Source: Candidatus Kapaibacterium sp. (GTDB taxonomy: Bacteria > Bacteroidota > Ignavibacteria > OLB7). From it: a DNA stretch of 39,884 bases. The stretch covers positions 1 to 39,884 of the forward strand of contig JBDSJW010000481.1 of assembly GCA_039917235.1 (NCBI GenBank). Reading direction: 5' to 3'. Below the pieces are notes generated by a model. That model was not told where the DNA came from. It saw only the letters and a list, made by a program, of their open reading frames with translations, and ran no database searches. Position 1 is the stretch's first letter, and every line of letters starts with the position of its first letter. Shown here piece after piece: positions 8,644 through 18,492 of this stretch. The position numbers and the translations under genes were made by a program.

Positions 8644-11600
8644 TTACAGCAGGATCGTATCGGCATAGACCAGCCGCTCGATGGAATCCTTGGTGGTATA
8701 GATCGCCATGCCGTCCTTGTCGGTCTTTCCATCCTTCAGCATGTTCGCCTCGCGCTCATTTGCAAGGCTTACCGTCGCAACGTCAGCATCGGCGTAGAGG
8801 CGTTCGTATTCCCGGATCGCCAGGCGGTACGGTTTTCCGCCAAGCTGCTTCGGCTTTTCGGGAAGGTTGACCTGCGCCATCCAGACCATCTTCGACTCGT
8901 ACTGCTGGAACGGGGCAAGCTCGATATCGGTAAGCTCCTTGGAAACCGGCGCCCAGCCCATCTCCCCCACCACATCGTAATCGATCCCCGGAACCGGCGC
9001 CTCCACCGTCACGGTCAGCCGCCGGCTGTAGCCGACGTTCTTGTAGGTCTTCTTATCGGCCGGGTTGAATCCCTCCGACTTGCTGAACTGGTTGATGCCG
9101 TGAACGCCGGAAACCATCACCCTGATCGCCTTGTCGGAATCGAACGTGACAGCGGCCACGCGATCCGGGGCAAGCTGCGCGAAGTCCGTCATCACCACGC
9201 GGGAGAGATGCGCGTCGGTGATCGAGTTGGGCTGGTAGCGGGCCAGCGCCAGCCGGACGAACGGGTAGTACGACTGGCCGGCATCCACCACGATATCGCA
9301 GAACCAGAGTTGCCGATCCTCATCGAATTCCACCACATGCGGCGCCACTGAAACCACCGGATACGGCTTTCCCGCCACATTGCGAAGCTCATCCAGGCTC
9401 AACCCGCTCACCTCGCCATTATCGGGATTGGTGGAGATCGGAAAATCGGAGGCGGACGGGGTGGACTTCGTGTAATCCGAGCCCCAGACCGGGTCCATGC
9501 CCCACTGCGTTACATACGGCTTCATCAGATCGCTCTTCGTATCGCTGATGCTGTCGTAGATACCGCCGCCGCCGCGGAGTACCACCCCCAGCATCTCCCC
9601 CTCGCCAGTGGAATACCACGGGCGATCCATATAGACGCGCAGGCCGCCACCACATCGCCGGCTGACAATGTCGTTGCCGATCTTCTGCGGCGGATCCCAT
9701 CCGAACGTCGGGATAACGTAGAGGACTTTCGGGGCGTCCGGGCGGGCGGAGCTGCGGATATTCACCGTGAACTCATCCCCCTCGCGCGTCAGGTTCTTCG
9801 GATCATCGGTGATAAGCGTCGGAAAATACTCGCGGAACCGCGTGGTGCCGAGTATATGATAGCGCACCATCCTGTGCTTGGTATCGCCGAACTCGTGACG
9901 GAAATCCTTCTGGTCCAGCGTGATCCATTTCTTATCGGCGGGATCGCCGGTGGCCGGATAGGCTATCGGGATCGGGAGCTTATCGGGATAGAACTCCTCG
10001 ATCTTCGCCTCGAACACATGCGCGCTCCCCTTGATGATCTGGTACTGGCCGGGATGGCTTGCCTCGTGCTCCCCGTCGCGCGGGACCGGCTCGGTCAGGT
10101 AATCCACCGGCTCATCCCAGGCGGCAAAGAGATCGATCTTTCCGGTGCTCCTCACCGAAAGCTGGAACAGCCCCTTCAGATCCACATAGGTATCGCCGAT
10201 CAGGTTCTTGATCCCCTCCAGCTTCTTGATCGTCGGCTTGCAGAGGGGCTGCTGCACGGCATGGACCAGCGTCATGGTGCGAAACGGCGTCATCATCCAG
10301 TGAAGGCCGGTGGCCGCGTCCTGCATCAACTCGCCGAACTTCGGAGCCCCCTTCATCCACTGGGCAAGCCCCATCTGCTTCACGTCGCCGATATCCAGAT
10401 AGCTGCTGTACTGCACCGTCAGCTTCTCCCCCTTCCCCAGATAGACATCCAGGACGCGCTCGGATGGGTCCCACTTTGTCACCCCGGCGTGCGGCTTTGC
10501 ATCGCAGTAATCAGGGTCGTCGATGATCTCGCTCACCCGCAGGAGAAACGATTCCTTCAACGGCCATTCGCCGCTGAAGGGGATCTTCAGCGTGCCGAAC
10601 TTCTCCGATGAGCCGTTGTTGGGAAGCCCGCGGAACGCAACCCCGCGCGAAAACGGATCGGGGAGATACGGAAGCGCGACCTTTGCCTCGTGATGGATCA
10701 GATACTGCCCCGCCTCCGCCGCCGGAGCGTCGGGGTTGAGGGGGTTGATAATGTAGTTCTCCGGGTGCGGCGCCCACTCCGGCTTCGATGCCTCCATGTC
10801 CCCCTTCAGAATGGGATACGGAGGATGCGCCTTCACATCCGGCGGCGTCACAAGGATGATCTGGTTCGGATACGGCACCGGCGTGGGAGACCCGGTGTTG
10901 ATATCGATGATCTCGCGATCGAAGAACGTCCCCATCTCCTTCTTGGAGATGTTGTACGCCCTGGCAATCCCCGACGGCCCCGATTTAATCTCCTCGTCGA
11001 ACATCGAATGCGTCTCCGCCATCAACTGCGATGTCTTCGGCGGGACGATATGCCGGCTGGTCTCCTTGTCGTACTCAAGCCCGGTGAGCGTATTCAGCGC
11101 CGAGGTGTACGTGGCCGTGTTCTTGTCGTAGTTGCTCCGGATCACCACATGCTCCACCGATTCCCCCTCGAACTTCAGCCAGCGGAGAATCACCGCCGGC
11201 GGCGGAACCGGCTCGAACCGGGAGTAGAGAACCTGGTCGGTCACCTGCGTCTCATCGGTAGAGGAGAGCGGCTCGCTGTTGCCGGCCAGATCGACGGCGC
11301 GGGCGCGGAACCTGTAGACCTTGCCGAACCGGAGCATCGGAAGCGTTTCGGACGTGGCCCTGAAGCTCGTCTTCAGGTTGATCCCCGGCGGCAGCATCCC
11401 TCCCGATGGATCATCGGTCACATTCTCCCCCTGCGCCGCCTTCGGCGATCCGTCCGGCTTGTAGGTGTCCGGGGCGATCGTCTTCCCCGGCCGCTTTGCC
11501 ACAAGGCTCCATCCCTTCCAGCGGAAGAGCATTTCATGAAGATAGAGATCGCTGGAACCGCCATCCTTGGAGGATGTCGAGGCCCCCTTCACATATCCCT

Positions 11601-12996
11601 CCTCATCATTGATCTCGATCTTCTTCACGCCGTCCGCCGTCATCGTATAGACTCCGTCGCGACGGCAGAGGGAGAGCCATTTGCCGTCGAACACATCCAC
11701 GCGGTAACCGCGGAGGAGATCATCGGCGTAGAAATCATCGATCGGCCCGGCGGCATTGGCGGCCACGTTCCGCTTGCCGAAATCGTGGAAGAGCTGCGCC
11801 AGGAAGACCGCGCGGTTGAATTTCAGCACGCCGATTCCGCCGGAGCGGAGCGCGGGAAGCGCCGCCTCGTTCGGGGAGGAGTAGGCGCGGCTTTTCGGAT
11901 CGACCAGGCGATAGAGATTGCCGGCGAAATCGACAGCCTTCATCGCGCTGCCGTCAACATCGATCTGCACAACGTCGAACGGGCTTTTCGTCTGCGGGTC
12001 GTGCCGGTCATTGGCCCCTTCAAGCTTCAGCATCCCATCGCGCAGATCGCTTCCGGCTCTCGGCCGCGGGCGGAACGATCCATCCGGCGTCAGCACGGTC
12101 CAGGGACGGATGGCGTTTGCATCGGAGAAGCCCTGGCCGCCGGCCTTGAACTTCACACGGATCTTGTTGAACGCAACGGCGGGCTTCGGTATCACCACCT
12201 CGATCACAATCCCCAGCCGCCGCTCCAGTTCCGGGTAATCGGAGAGGGACGCGAGTATCTGATGGAAGTCGATATCGGGAACGGCGATGCGGTGCGGAAC
12301 CAGCGCCACGTTCGGCTTTTCGAGATAGCTGGTGGTGGTCTCCGGGCGATCGTAGAAACGCGCCGCCTGCTGGAAGGAGAACTGCTGGAGCGATGTAAAC
12401 CCGTAGTCGGAGAACCTGCGAGCGTCCAGCACCTTGTCCCGCTTGAGGAACAGATCGGGATTGGGCGGATGCTTTACCAGAACCGCGAGCGACTGGTCCG
12501 GGCGATAGTTGATATAGCCGAACGTATTGCGGATGTTATGGAGCGTGTCGTCGGTATCGATGTTCGGATGGCTGTTCGGCGATGACGAGCCGATTGCCGC
12601 GTACGTATCCTTCAGAAACGAGAGGACGCCGCGAGCCGGATAGGAACGGAGCTGCCGGTTCTGATAATCGGGATAGTTGTACGGCTTTACCGACGTGCTT
12701 GCCTTGAAGATGCTCTTCCAGAGCCCGGGATCGCCGTAGACATCCCCCGTTGTGGAATTCTTCTTCACCCGCTCGGCCGGAATCGGGAGCGGGCTGGAAT
12801 CGATCTCCACAAAGAAATCGAGCGATTTGAGCTTCCCCGGCCAGTGCCCATTGGCAGCGTTCCAGAAGTCGGGGAACTCATCGAGACGTTTCGGGCTCCC
12901 CGGCGTCAGACGGGGGGAAATGTAGATCGAGAGTTTGAGCTTGTCCCCTTCCACGCCGTGCGGCAGCGCTGTCCAGAGTAGTTTCTGACTTGCCAT
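8644..12996 (-). CDS. Giant hypothetical protein, 1450 aa, no recognisable signal peptide or catalytic motif
   Basis: Uninterrupted 4.35-kb ORF with balanced K/D/E/N/Y/F-containing composition, whereas the antisense frames are Arg/Pro/His-rich. The ATG at 12996 is preceded by AGGGAAG and lies 33 nt after the upstream gene stop. N-terminus MASQKLLWTALPHGVEGDKLKLSIYISPRL has no hydrophobic leader. Confidence 0.9.
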   Translation of the reverse strand: MASQKLLWTALPHGVEGDKLKLSIYISPRLTPGSPKRLDEFPDFWNAANGHWPGKLKSLDFFVEIDSSPLPIPAERVKKNSTTGDVYGDPGLWKSIFKASTSVKPYNYPDYQNRQLRSYPARGVLSFLKDTYAAIGSSSPNSHPNIDTDDTLHNIRNTFGYINYRPDQSLAVLVKHPPNPDLFLKRDKVLDARRFSDYGFTSLQQFSFQQAARFYDRPETTTSYLEKPNVALVPHRIAVPDIDFHQILASLSDYPELERRLGIVIEVVIPKPAVAFNKIRVKFKAGGQGFSDANAIRPWTVLTPDGSFRPRPRAGSDLRDGMLKLEGANDRHDPQTKSPFDVVQIDVDGSAMKAVDFAGNLYRLVDPKSRAYSSPNEAALPALRSGGIGVLKFNRAVFLAQLFHDFGKRNVAANAAGPIDDFYADDLLRGYRVDVFDGKWLSLCRRDGVYTMTADGVKKIEINDEEGYVKGASTSSKDGGSSDLYLHEMLFRWKGWSLVAKRPGKTIAPDTYKPDGSPKAAQGENVTDDPSGGMLPPGINLKTSFRATSETLPMLRFGKVYRFRARAVDLAGNSEPLSSTDETQVTDQVLYSRFEPVPPPAVILRWLKFEGESVEHVVIRSNYDKNTATYTSALNTLTGLEYDKETSRHIVPPKTSQLMAETHSMFDEEIKSGPSGIARAYNISKKEMGTFFDREIIDINTGSPTPVPYPNQIILVTPPDVKAHPPYPILKGDMEASKPEWAPHPENYIINPLNPDAPAAEAGQYLIHHEAKVALPYLPDPFSRGVAFRGLPNNGSSEKFGTLKIPFSGEWPLKESFLLRVSEIIDDPDYCDAKPHAGVTKWDPSERVLDVYLGKGEKLTVQYSSYLDIGDVKQMGLAQWMKGAPKFGELMQDAATGLHWMMTPFRTMTLVHAVQQPLCKPTIKKLEGIKNLIGDTYVDLKGLFQLSVRSTGKIDLFAAWDEPVDYLTEPVPRDGEHEASHPGQYQIIKGSAHVFEAKIEEFYPDKLPIPIAYPATGDPADKKWITLDQKDFRHEFGDTKHRMVRYHILGTTRFREYFPTLITDDPKNLTREGDEFTVNIRSSARPDAPKVLYVIPTFGWDPPQKIGNDIVSRRCGGGLRVYMDRPWYSTGEGEMLGVVLRGGGGIYDSISDTKSDLMKPYVTQWGMDPVWGSDYTKSTPSASDFPISTNPDNGEVSGLSLDELRNVAGKPYPVVSVAPHVVEFDEDRQLWFCDIVVDAGQSYYPFVRLALARYQPNSITDAHLSRVVMTDFAQLAPDRVAAVTFDSDKAIRVMVSGVHGINQFSKSEGFNPADKKTYKNVGYSRRLTVTVEAPVPGIDYDVVGEMGWAPVSKELTDIELAPFQQYESKMVWMAQVNLPEKPKQLGGKPYRLAIREYERLYADADVATVSLANEREANMLKDGKTDKDGMAIYTTKDSIERLVYADTILL

Positions 12997-13029
12997 GACA
13001 TCTTCCCTGATAATCCTGATCTGCTTCTG

Positions 13030-16000
13030 TTATGCAAACGCGCGGCAGTATTCCAGCCACGGATCCATGCTTGTCCCGCTTGCGTCGGTATACGGCCCCA
13101 TCAACTGCTCGAACGATGGATCTCCCTTCGATCCGGAGAACTTCCGCTCGCACTCGATATCCACGCTCGCGCTGAAGAAGAGGACATGCACCTCGATCGT
13201 CAGCACCGCCTTCCCAACGCATTTGCCGGAGCTGAACTCGTATGTCAGGCTCAGCTCAAGCTCAAGCGACGCGGAGATCAGCCCGAGCACATCCACCTCG
13301 CCACCAAGGTTGAAGAACCCGGTCAGCGAGCAGTTGTCCTCCCCCCCCTCCTTCACCATCTTGAAGTAGATGCCGGCCATCACATGGACGCCGCCGCTTG
13401 CCACGCCGAAATCGATCGAGATGCTTGCGCCGAACTCGAACGACGCCTCCAGGATGTGAATCCCCGCCGGCGTAAGAACCACGCCGAAGAACCCGCCGCC
13501 GCCGAAGAGCGATACCGTCAGCAGGAACGGCTCATCGCGCGTGCAGAAGTTGAAGCGGACGCTGAGCGGATCGCCGATGAAGGGGATGGTAAACCCGGCC
13601 CCAAGGCTCATATTCTGAAGGCTGAACATGCCGACCGAGATATTCGGCAGCGCAAGCGAGAAGCTGGCATCGATGCCATTCTCCGTGATACTCAGCGCCG
13701 GAGGATCGCTGAAGCCATCCAGCGGTATCAGCTTCTTCAGCGTCTCGATAAAGCTCAGCGGCCCCACAAACTCGATATTGCTCAGCACCACATTCACATC
13801 GGCCTTCTTGCCGGAGCTTGCGAAGAACTGGAGCTTCTCGAAATGCAGCCGCATAAAGCTGAGCGGCGCTATCAGATCGATGATGAAATCCTCAAGCGAG
13901 CAGATGATCTGGAACGATGGAACGCTGTTCCCCTCGGTCTTGGCGCGCACTTCCGCCGCTATCACAAACCCATCGGCGCGGTTCGGGATAAAGAGCGGCT
14001 TGCCAGCCACAAAGCCCCACTCCTTGATCAGCGGGCGCCATTCGAACTTCACCTTCATCTCCTTCGCCATCTCGATGGCGTCGGCGAAGCTCTTGATCTT
14101 CTGCACAAAATCGGCGACGTCCTTCAGCGTGTTGGTGAACTGCGCCAGCCGCGCCAGCGCCTCGTTCTTCAGCGCCGCGTCGATCCCCGGCGTCTTCGGG
14201 ATGTTCGTCGCCATGCTCTGAAGATGCCCGACAAACGTGCTCAGGTCCCCCGGAAGAGCGCCGGCATTGAACGATGTGATATGGCCGATGATGCTGTCGA
14301 TATCCCCCTTCAGCGTGTTCGCCGCCGAGGAGAGGGCGCCGGGAAGCGCCTCCAGCGTCCCCTTGAACGCCTCCACATCCTTCATAAACGCTTCCACCGT
14401 GTTCAGCGCCTCGGTCACGAACTTCGGCATCAGATCCAGCTTGTCGGCACCGAGCGACTGGATGATGGAGAAGAGATCGATGCAGCCGAAGATTTTCGCG
14501 TTCAACCCGCCGAAGAAATCGGCAGGATCGAAATTCCCCACGGTCATATTGTCCACCGATCCAGCCACCGGCCCAAGCTTGCGCGAGAGGCCGGAGATCG
14601 ACATGTTCGGCTTGACCAGGCCGCCGGAGCGGTCCCCCTTTTTGTCGAAGCTCAGGTCGATCCCGCTGCTCGCCATCTTCAGGAACACCTCGCCGACGTT
14701 CGCGCCATCGAACCCGCTCTTCAGATATTCGGTGTGATATTCCACATCCCCCTTGCCGTCGTTCCCCACAAGATGCTTGATGGCGGGGATCAGCAGCTTC
14801 GATTTCTTGACCACCGGGAAGAACCGCGGGGCCATGTAGGAGAGATTGGAATAGACCGTGGGATCGGATGGGACGCGGGCGTTGAAGGTGATGGTATCCA
14901 CCTCATACACCGTATCCCCCAGCTTCTTGCTGGCGGCAAAGGCGACCTTCTGGCCGTTGAACGGCCGCTCCCGCCGCTCCACCGGATATGCCGGCGACAC
15001 CCCGTTGCCGTTGAACTGCTTGGCGATGCTCAGCATCGTCGTATTGGAATCCTGATCGGTGAGCTCCTTGCCGATAAACTGAAGCGGCATGGTGATCTCC
15101 GAGTTCTGCCCGTTGAGATCCTCCAGCACCAGATGGAACTGAAAATCCTTCCCCCCGACCCGCGGCCAGAAGGAGGACTGCAACATCGCGTCGGGGAAAT
15201 CGCTGTTCTCCGGCGGGTCAAGGTTCGGCGTGACAAGCGTGGTGATCTGCACCCGCTTGAACGGCATCTGAAGATCGAACGATTCGCCGTTCTCCTTCAC
15301 GCCTGACCCGCCGAAAAGCTTCTCCGGCTCCCGCACCACGATAAACATCCGCTGCCGCAGATACGCCACCTTCACCGATGAATTATCGGGATGCGGCTGG
15401 AACTTCCGCTCCGTCACCTTGATCAGCGATGCCCTGTGCCCGAACGGAAAGAGAAAACCGGCGTAGACAACGCGGACGTAATTATCGCGTCCCATCGTCC
15501 CGCGATGCCGCCACTCCTCCACCGAAAGCCCCAGCGGCAGCTTGTCCCATGCGCCGCGCGTGTCCATCCATGCGCCAAGCGATGTCAGCATCAGCCGCTC
15601 CACCTTGATCGGCGTCGGCTCGTACTCGGCGCGCAGGATATGGAGATGGAAGTTGGCCGAGAGATGGACGATGTTGTGCCGGTCAAACCCGTCAAGCGAC
15701 ATCCTAAAGGGAACGTTGGCGTGCGGCGGCCAGTGCTGCGTATCGGCCGGATCAAACGCACCGGTGGTATCCAACCCGTTTACCGGCGGCTGGCCCACCC
15801 ACGGCCGTGCCCAGACCGCACGGATCGTCCGCAATGCCGATGTGGAGTCGGTTTCATCAGCCGCCCCCTTGGTTCCGCGCACGGCCAGCCGCGTATGCCA
15901 CAGCTCCGAACGCCCGGTCATCGGCGAGACCACCGGCTTGGTGGCGTGCGCCCAGGCGGAAAGCGCGTGCGGCGAGATGATCAGCCGGTACGGCGATTCG

Positions 16001-18234
16001 ATCGCGGTCTCGTTGGGAGATGGGTTCTTCAGATCCGGCTTTGTGGCAACAAGGTAGAGCCCCGCCAGCGTGGCGTTGATGGCCTTCTCATCCACCGCCA
16101 CAAACTTCGAGATGCCGGAGGTCTTGCCGAGCTGCTGCGTATGCTTCTCGTAGATATACTTCTCGGCAACCGTCGCGTTCCCCTTGAGAGGCCGTCCGCC
16201 AAGATTTCCCGGCTTGATGGTGAGGCTCTTGGTGGTAATAGTCGGGGAGTGCGGGATGATGGTGCCGCCAAGCGTTCCGGCCTTGTAGACTCCCTTCCCC
16301 GGCTCCGCGTTCAACTGGAAGATGGTGTTGATATCGATCACCGTCATCCCCGTGTCCAGCGTCAGCAGCCCCCAGTTGATCGTCTTCGGCGGAAGCGCCG
16401 CGGGGACAACGCTCAGATCGTATTCACCGAGCTTCCCAAGGATCGCCTCAAGCGAATACGGGATCGACGTGGTCCCGGCCGGCACCTTGAAGACCAGCCG
16501 GCTTTTCCCCGCGAACCGCGACTGCACCGGCGGCCGCTTCGGCGTCTCTCCGCCGGTTGCCGCGTCGGGATCGGGAGGGGTGTGCGGCGCGCCCCCTTTA
16601 TCGGGGGGAATCTTCACCGGGACGTGCGCGGTATCGTCAACCTCGAAAAACGCCTCCTCGGCAATGTTCTGCGGCTGGAAATGTGCCACGATATAGGCGG
16701 CGCCGCTTCCGCGCGTCAGCGAGGAGGTACTCCTGGCGATCCTTTCGGATGGAGCGCCCCCATCCGACCTCCTCTTTTCCAGCCCGCCAATGCCGGTGGA
16801 GAGCGAGAGGTTGATAAACTCGAATTCCAGGACGAGAAGATCCTGCGGGCGGATCATCGAGACGCGCATATTCTGCACGACCATCTTCACCGCGCCATCG
16901 CCATCCCCCGGATGGAAATGGACGTAATCGGTGGCGTCGCGCGCGGCGGCCGCCTCCATTCCTCCGGTCACAAACTTCATGCGGCGCCCCGGATCGGCGG
17001 CGACCGGCTGTGCGATCACCCCATCCCCCATCGGCGGCCCGAATGTGCTCAGCAACGCCGGAGCGCAATCCACGCGCCGCGCCTCGTTTCCGGCATGCTC
17101 AATCTCGAACCTCCCCCCCGAGCCGTCATCACCAACCAGCACGCTCCCGTTGGCGGTATGCAGCCAGACAGGATCGGCGCCGTAACGGGCAACCAGCGCG
17201 CTCCGTTCCTCGCCCCCCTCAAACATCATGGCGTAGCGCGGGCGGCGGAGCGGAAGCGAAAAATCATCGCCGCTCCCGCCGATCAGCGAGCCATGCGGAC
17301 GCACCATCACACCGGAGACATCACCGTTCCCCTCGGCCATCAGCGCGCTGGCCCGAGCGCCGTTGCGCCCCTCGCCGGTCTCCACATGAAGCAGATCGAA
17401 CGCGGAGCCATCGAACAGAACGCGCCAGGGATCGCCGGCGGCGGTGGCATGCTCCATCTCCCAGTTCTTATCCCGCCGCTCCATGACGATCAGCGACCGG
17501 AGCGGCATCCGCTGGTCGAGAAGGCTTTCGCTTTTAGGATCGGCAAGGGAGATGCTGGCGGCATCGGAGCGGACGTTCTCCCCCTGACCGTTCAGACGGG
17601 CAACGTCGGAGCCGGCAAGGCGGAGCGTCCAGTCGGGAAAGAATTCAGCATCGGCGGGGCCGTGCAGCGATAGGCCGGAGCCGGGACGGAACTGGCAGAG
17701 AGGCAGATCGGCCTTGATTGCGGAGCGCGCCGCAACCGCGCCGGCAAGCCAGCGCTCCAGCGGCAGCGTGGCGGAAAATCCTCCAAGTGCCAGATTGAGC
17801 TTCATCTTCCGGCCGAGCAGACCGGGATGGATCTCGCAGGAGAAATCGGCGGGAAGATCTGTTCCGGGATAGAGCGCGCCGGACATCTCCACGCGGATAT
17901 GCCCCCCTTCACGCTCCACCGCGATCGACGGCGAGCCGCCGAACCGCGCCGTATCGATCACCCAGCGCTCCTTTCCGCCAAGACGGAAGGCAATGCGGTT
18001 CCGATCGCCGGTGATATCGAACTCCCCCAGCATCGTGGGCGCCACCGCTTTCGCGGCGGGCGTTCTGATCGAAAGGGCCGCGCCGGCGCTGACCGAAAGG
18101 CCGAGCAACTGGCGGCGTGAAAGCCGGAGCCCCGCCGCATTGGCGGCAACGTCGTCCAGCAATCCTCCCGATCTGCGCAACCGTAGTGGACGCTCCGCTC
18201 GTAACGCGGCGATGTTCAATCGCAGTGGTCGCAT
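13030..18234 (-). CDS. Giant hypothetical exported protein, 1734 aa, with a twin-arginine (Tat)-type leader and a Gly-rich hydrophobic beta-strand C-terminal module
   Basis: Uninterrupted 5.2-kb ORF. The N-terminus contains ...LRLSRRQLLGLSVSAGAALSIRTPAAKA-VAPT, i.e. an S-R-R-x-L-L motif, a mildly hydrophobic h-region and an AxA site. The C-terminus reads ...FLLTVSLFGGGGFFGVVLTPAGIHILEASFEFGASISIDFGVASGGVHVMAGIYFKM.... Confidence 0.9.
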   Translation of the reverse strand: MRPLRLNIAALRAERPLRLRRSGGLLDDVAANAAGLRLSRRQLLGLSVSAGAALSIRTPAAKAVAPTMLGEFDITGDRNRIAFRLGGKERWVIDTARFGGSPSIAVEREGGHIRVEMSGALYPGTDLPADFSCEIHPGLLGRKMKLNLALGGFSATLPLERWLAGAVAARSAIKADLPLCQFRPGSGLSLHGPADAEFFPDWTLRLAGSDVARLNGQGENVRSDAASISLADPKSESLLDQRMPLRSLIVMERRDKNWEMEHATAAGDPWRVLFDGSAFDLLHVETGEGRNGARASALMAEGNGDVSGVMVRPHGSLIGGSGDDFSLPLRRPRYAMMFEGGEERSALVARYGADPVWLHTANGSVLVGDDGSGGRFEIEHAGNEARRVDCAPALLSTFGPPMGDGVIAQPVAADPGRRMKFVTGGMEAAAARDATDYVHFHPGDGDGAVKMVVQNMRVSMIRPQDLLVLEFEFINLSLSTGIGGLEKRRSDGGAPSERIARSTSSLTRGSGAAYIVAHFQPQNIAEEAFFEVDDTAHVPVKIPPDKGGAPHTPPDPDAATGGETPKRPPVQSRFAGKSRLVFKVPAGTTSIPYSLEAILGKLGEYDLSVVPAALPPKTINWGLLTLDTGMTVIDINTIFQLNAEPGKGVYKAGTLGGTIIPHSPTITTKSLTIKPGNLGGRPLKGNATVAEKYIYEKHTQQLGKTSGISKFVAVDEKAINATLAGLYLVATKPDLKNPSPNETAIESPYRLIISPHALSAWAHATKPVVSPMTGRSELWHTRLAVRGTKGAADETDSTSALRTIRAVWARPWVGQPPVNGLDTTGAFDPADTQHWPPHANVPFRMSLDGFDRHNIVHLSANFHLHILRAEYEPTPIKVERLMLTSLGAWMDTRGAWDKLPLGLSVEEWRHRGTMGRDNYVRVVYAGFLFPFGHRASLIKVTERKFQPHPDNSSVKVAYLRQRMFIVVREPEKLFGGSGVKENGESFDLQMPFKRVQITTLVTPNLDPPENSDFPDAMLQSSFWPRVGGKDFQFHLVLEDLNGQNSEITMPLQFIGKELTDQDSNTTMLSIAKQFNGNGVSPAYPVERRERPFNGQKVAFAASKKLGDTVYEVDTITFNARVPSDPTVYSNLSYMAPRFFPVVKKSKLLIPAIKHLVGNDGKGDVEYHTEYLKSGFDGANVGEVFLKMASSGIDLSFDKKGDRSGGLVKPNMSISGLSRKLGPVAGSVDNMTVGNFDPADFFGGLNAKIFGCIDLFSIIQSLGADKLDLMPKFVTEALNTVEAFMKDVEAFKGTLEALPGALSSAANTLKGDIDSIIGHITSFNAGALPGDLSTFVGHLQSMATNIPKTPGIDAALKNEALARLAQFTNTLKDVADFVQKIKSFADAIEMAKEMKVKFEWRPLIKEWGFVAGKPLFIPNRADGFVIAAEVRAKTEGNSVPSFQIICSLEDFIIDLIAPLSFMRLHFEKLQFFASSGKKADVNVVLSNIEFVGPLSFIETLKKLIPLDGFSDPPALSITENGIDASFSLALPNISVGMFSLQNMSLGAGFTIPFIGDPLSVRFNFCTRDEPFLLTVSLFGGGGFFGVVLTPAGIHILEASFEFGASISIDFGVASGGVHVMAGIYFKMVKEGGEDNCSLTGFFNLGGEVDVLGLISASLELELSLTYEFSSGKCVGKAVLTIEVHVLFFSASVDIECERKFSGSKGDPSFEQLMGPYTDASGTSMDPWLEYCRAFA

Positions 18235-18492
18235 GATAATTTCCGTCTGCTAGTAGAGATAAATTCGATTCGATCCGTCTCCAGCTACATCTGCTTCGTT
18301 AACCTGGGTTCCCGGCGGAACTGTGGGCTGGCGTGCAGCGATTCTCAGAGCGTATGATGTACAAGGCGCGTGACAATCTGCCCGGAAGGGGACCGGCCTT
18401 CCCGACGAAGGCCATTCGATAACAAACTTGTGAAGGCGTGGCGTCCATGGACCCATCGCATACCGCCGTGGCTATTTCCCCGATCCATCCCG

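Noticed and set aside
10054-10068. HEASH (HExxH) in the 1450-aa protein, a possible zinc-metalloprotease motif
   Set aside because: It sits in a hydrophilic loop-like context (RDGEHEASHPGQ), without the hydrophobic helix or a downstream third ligand typical of zincins. A single HExxH in 1450 residues is expected by chance.
10690-17673. Long plus-strand ORFs (631, 706 and 760 aa at 10690-12585, 13186-15306 and 15391-17673) antisense to the two giant genes
   Set aside because: They are Arg/His/Pro/Leu-rich, low-complexity translations. They are broken into pieces, whereas the minus-strand frames are continuous for 4.3 and 5.2 kb with balanced composition.
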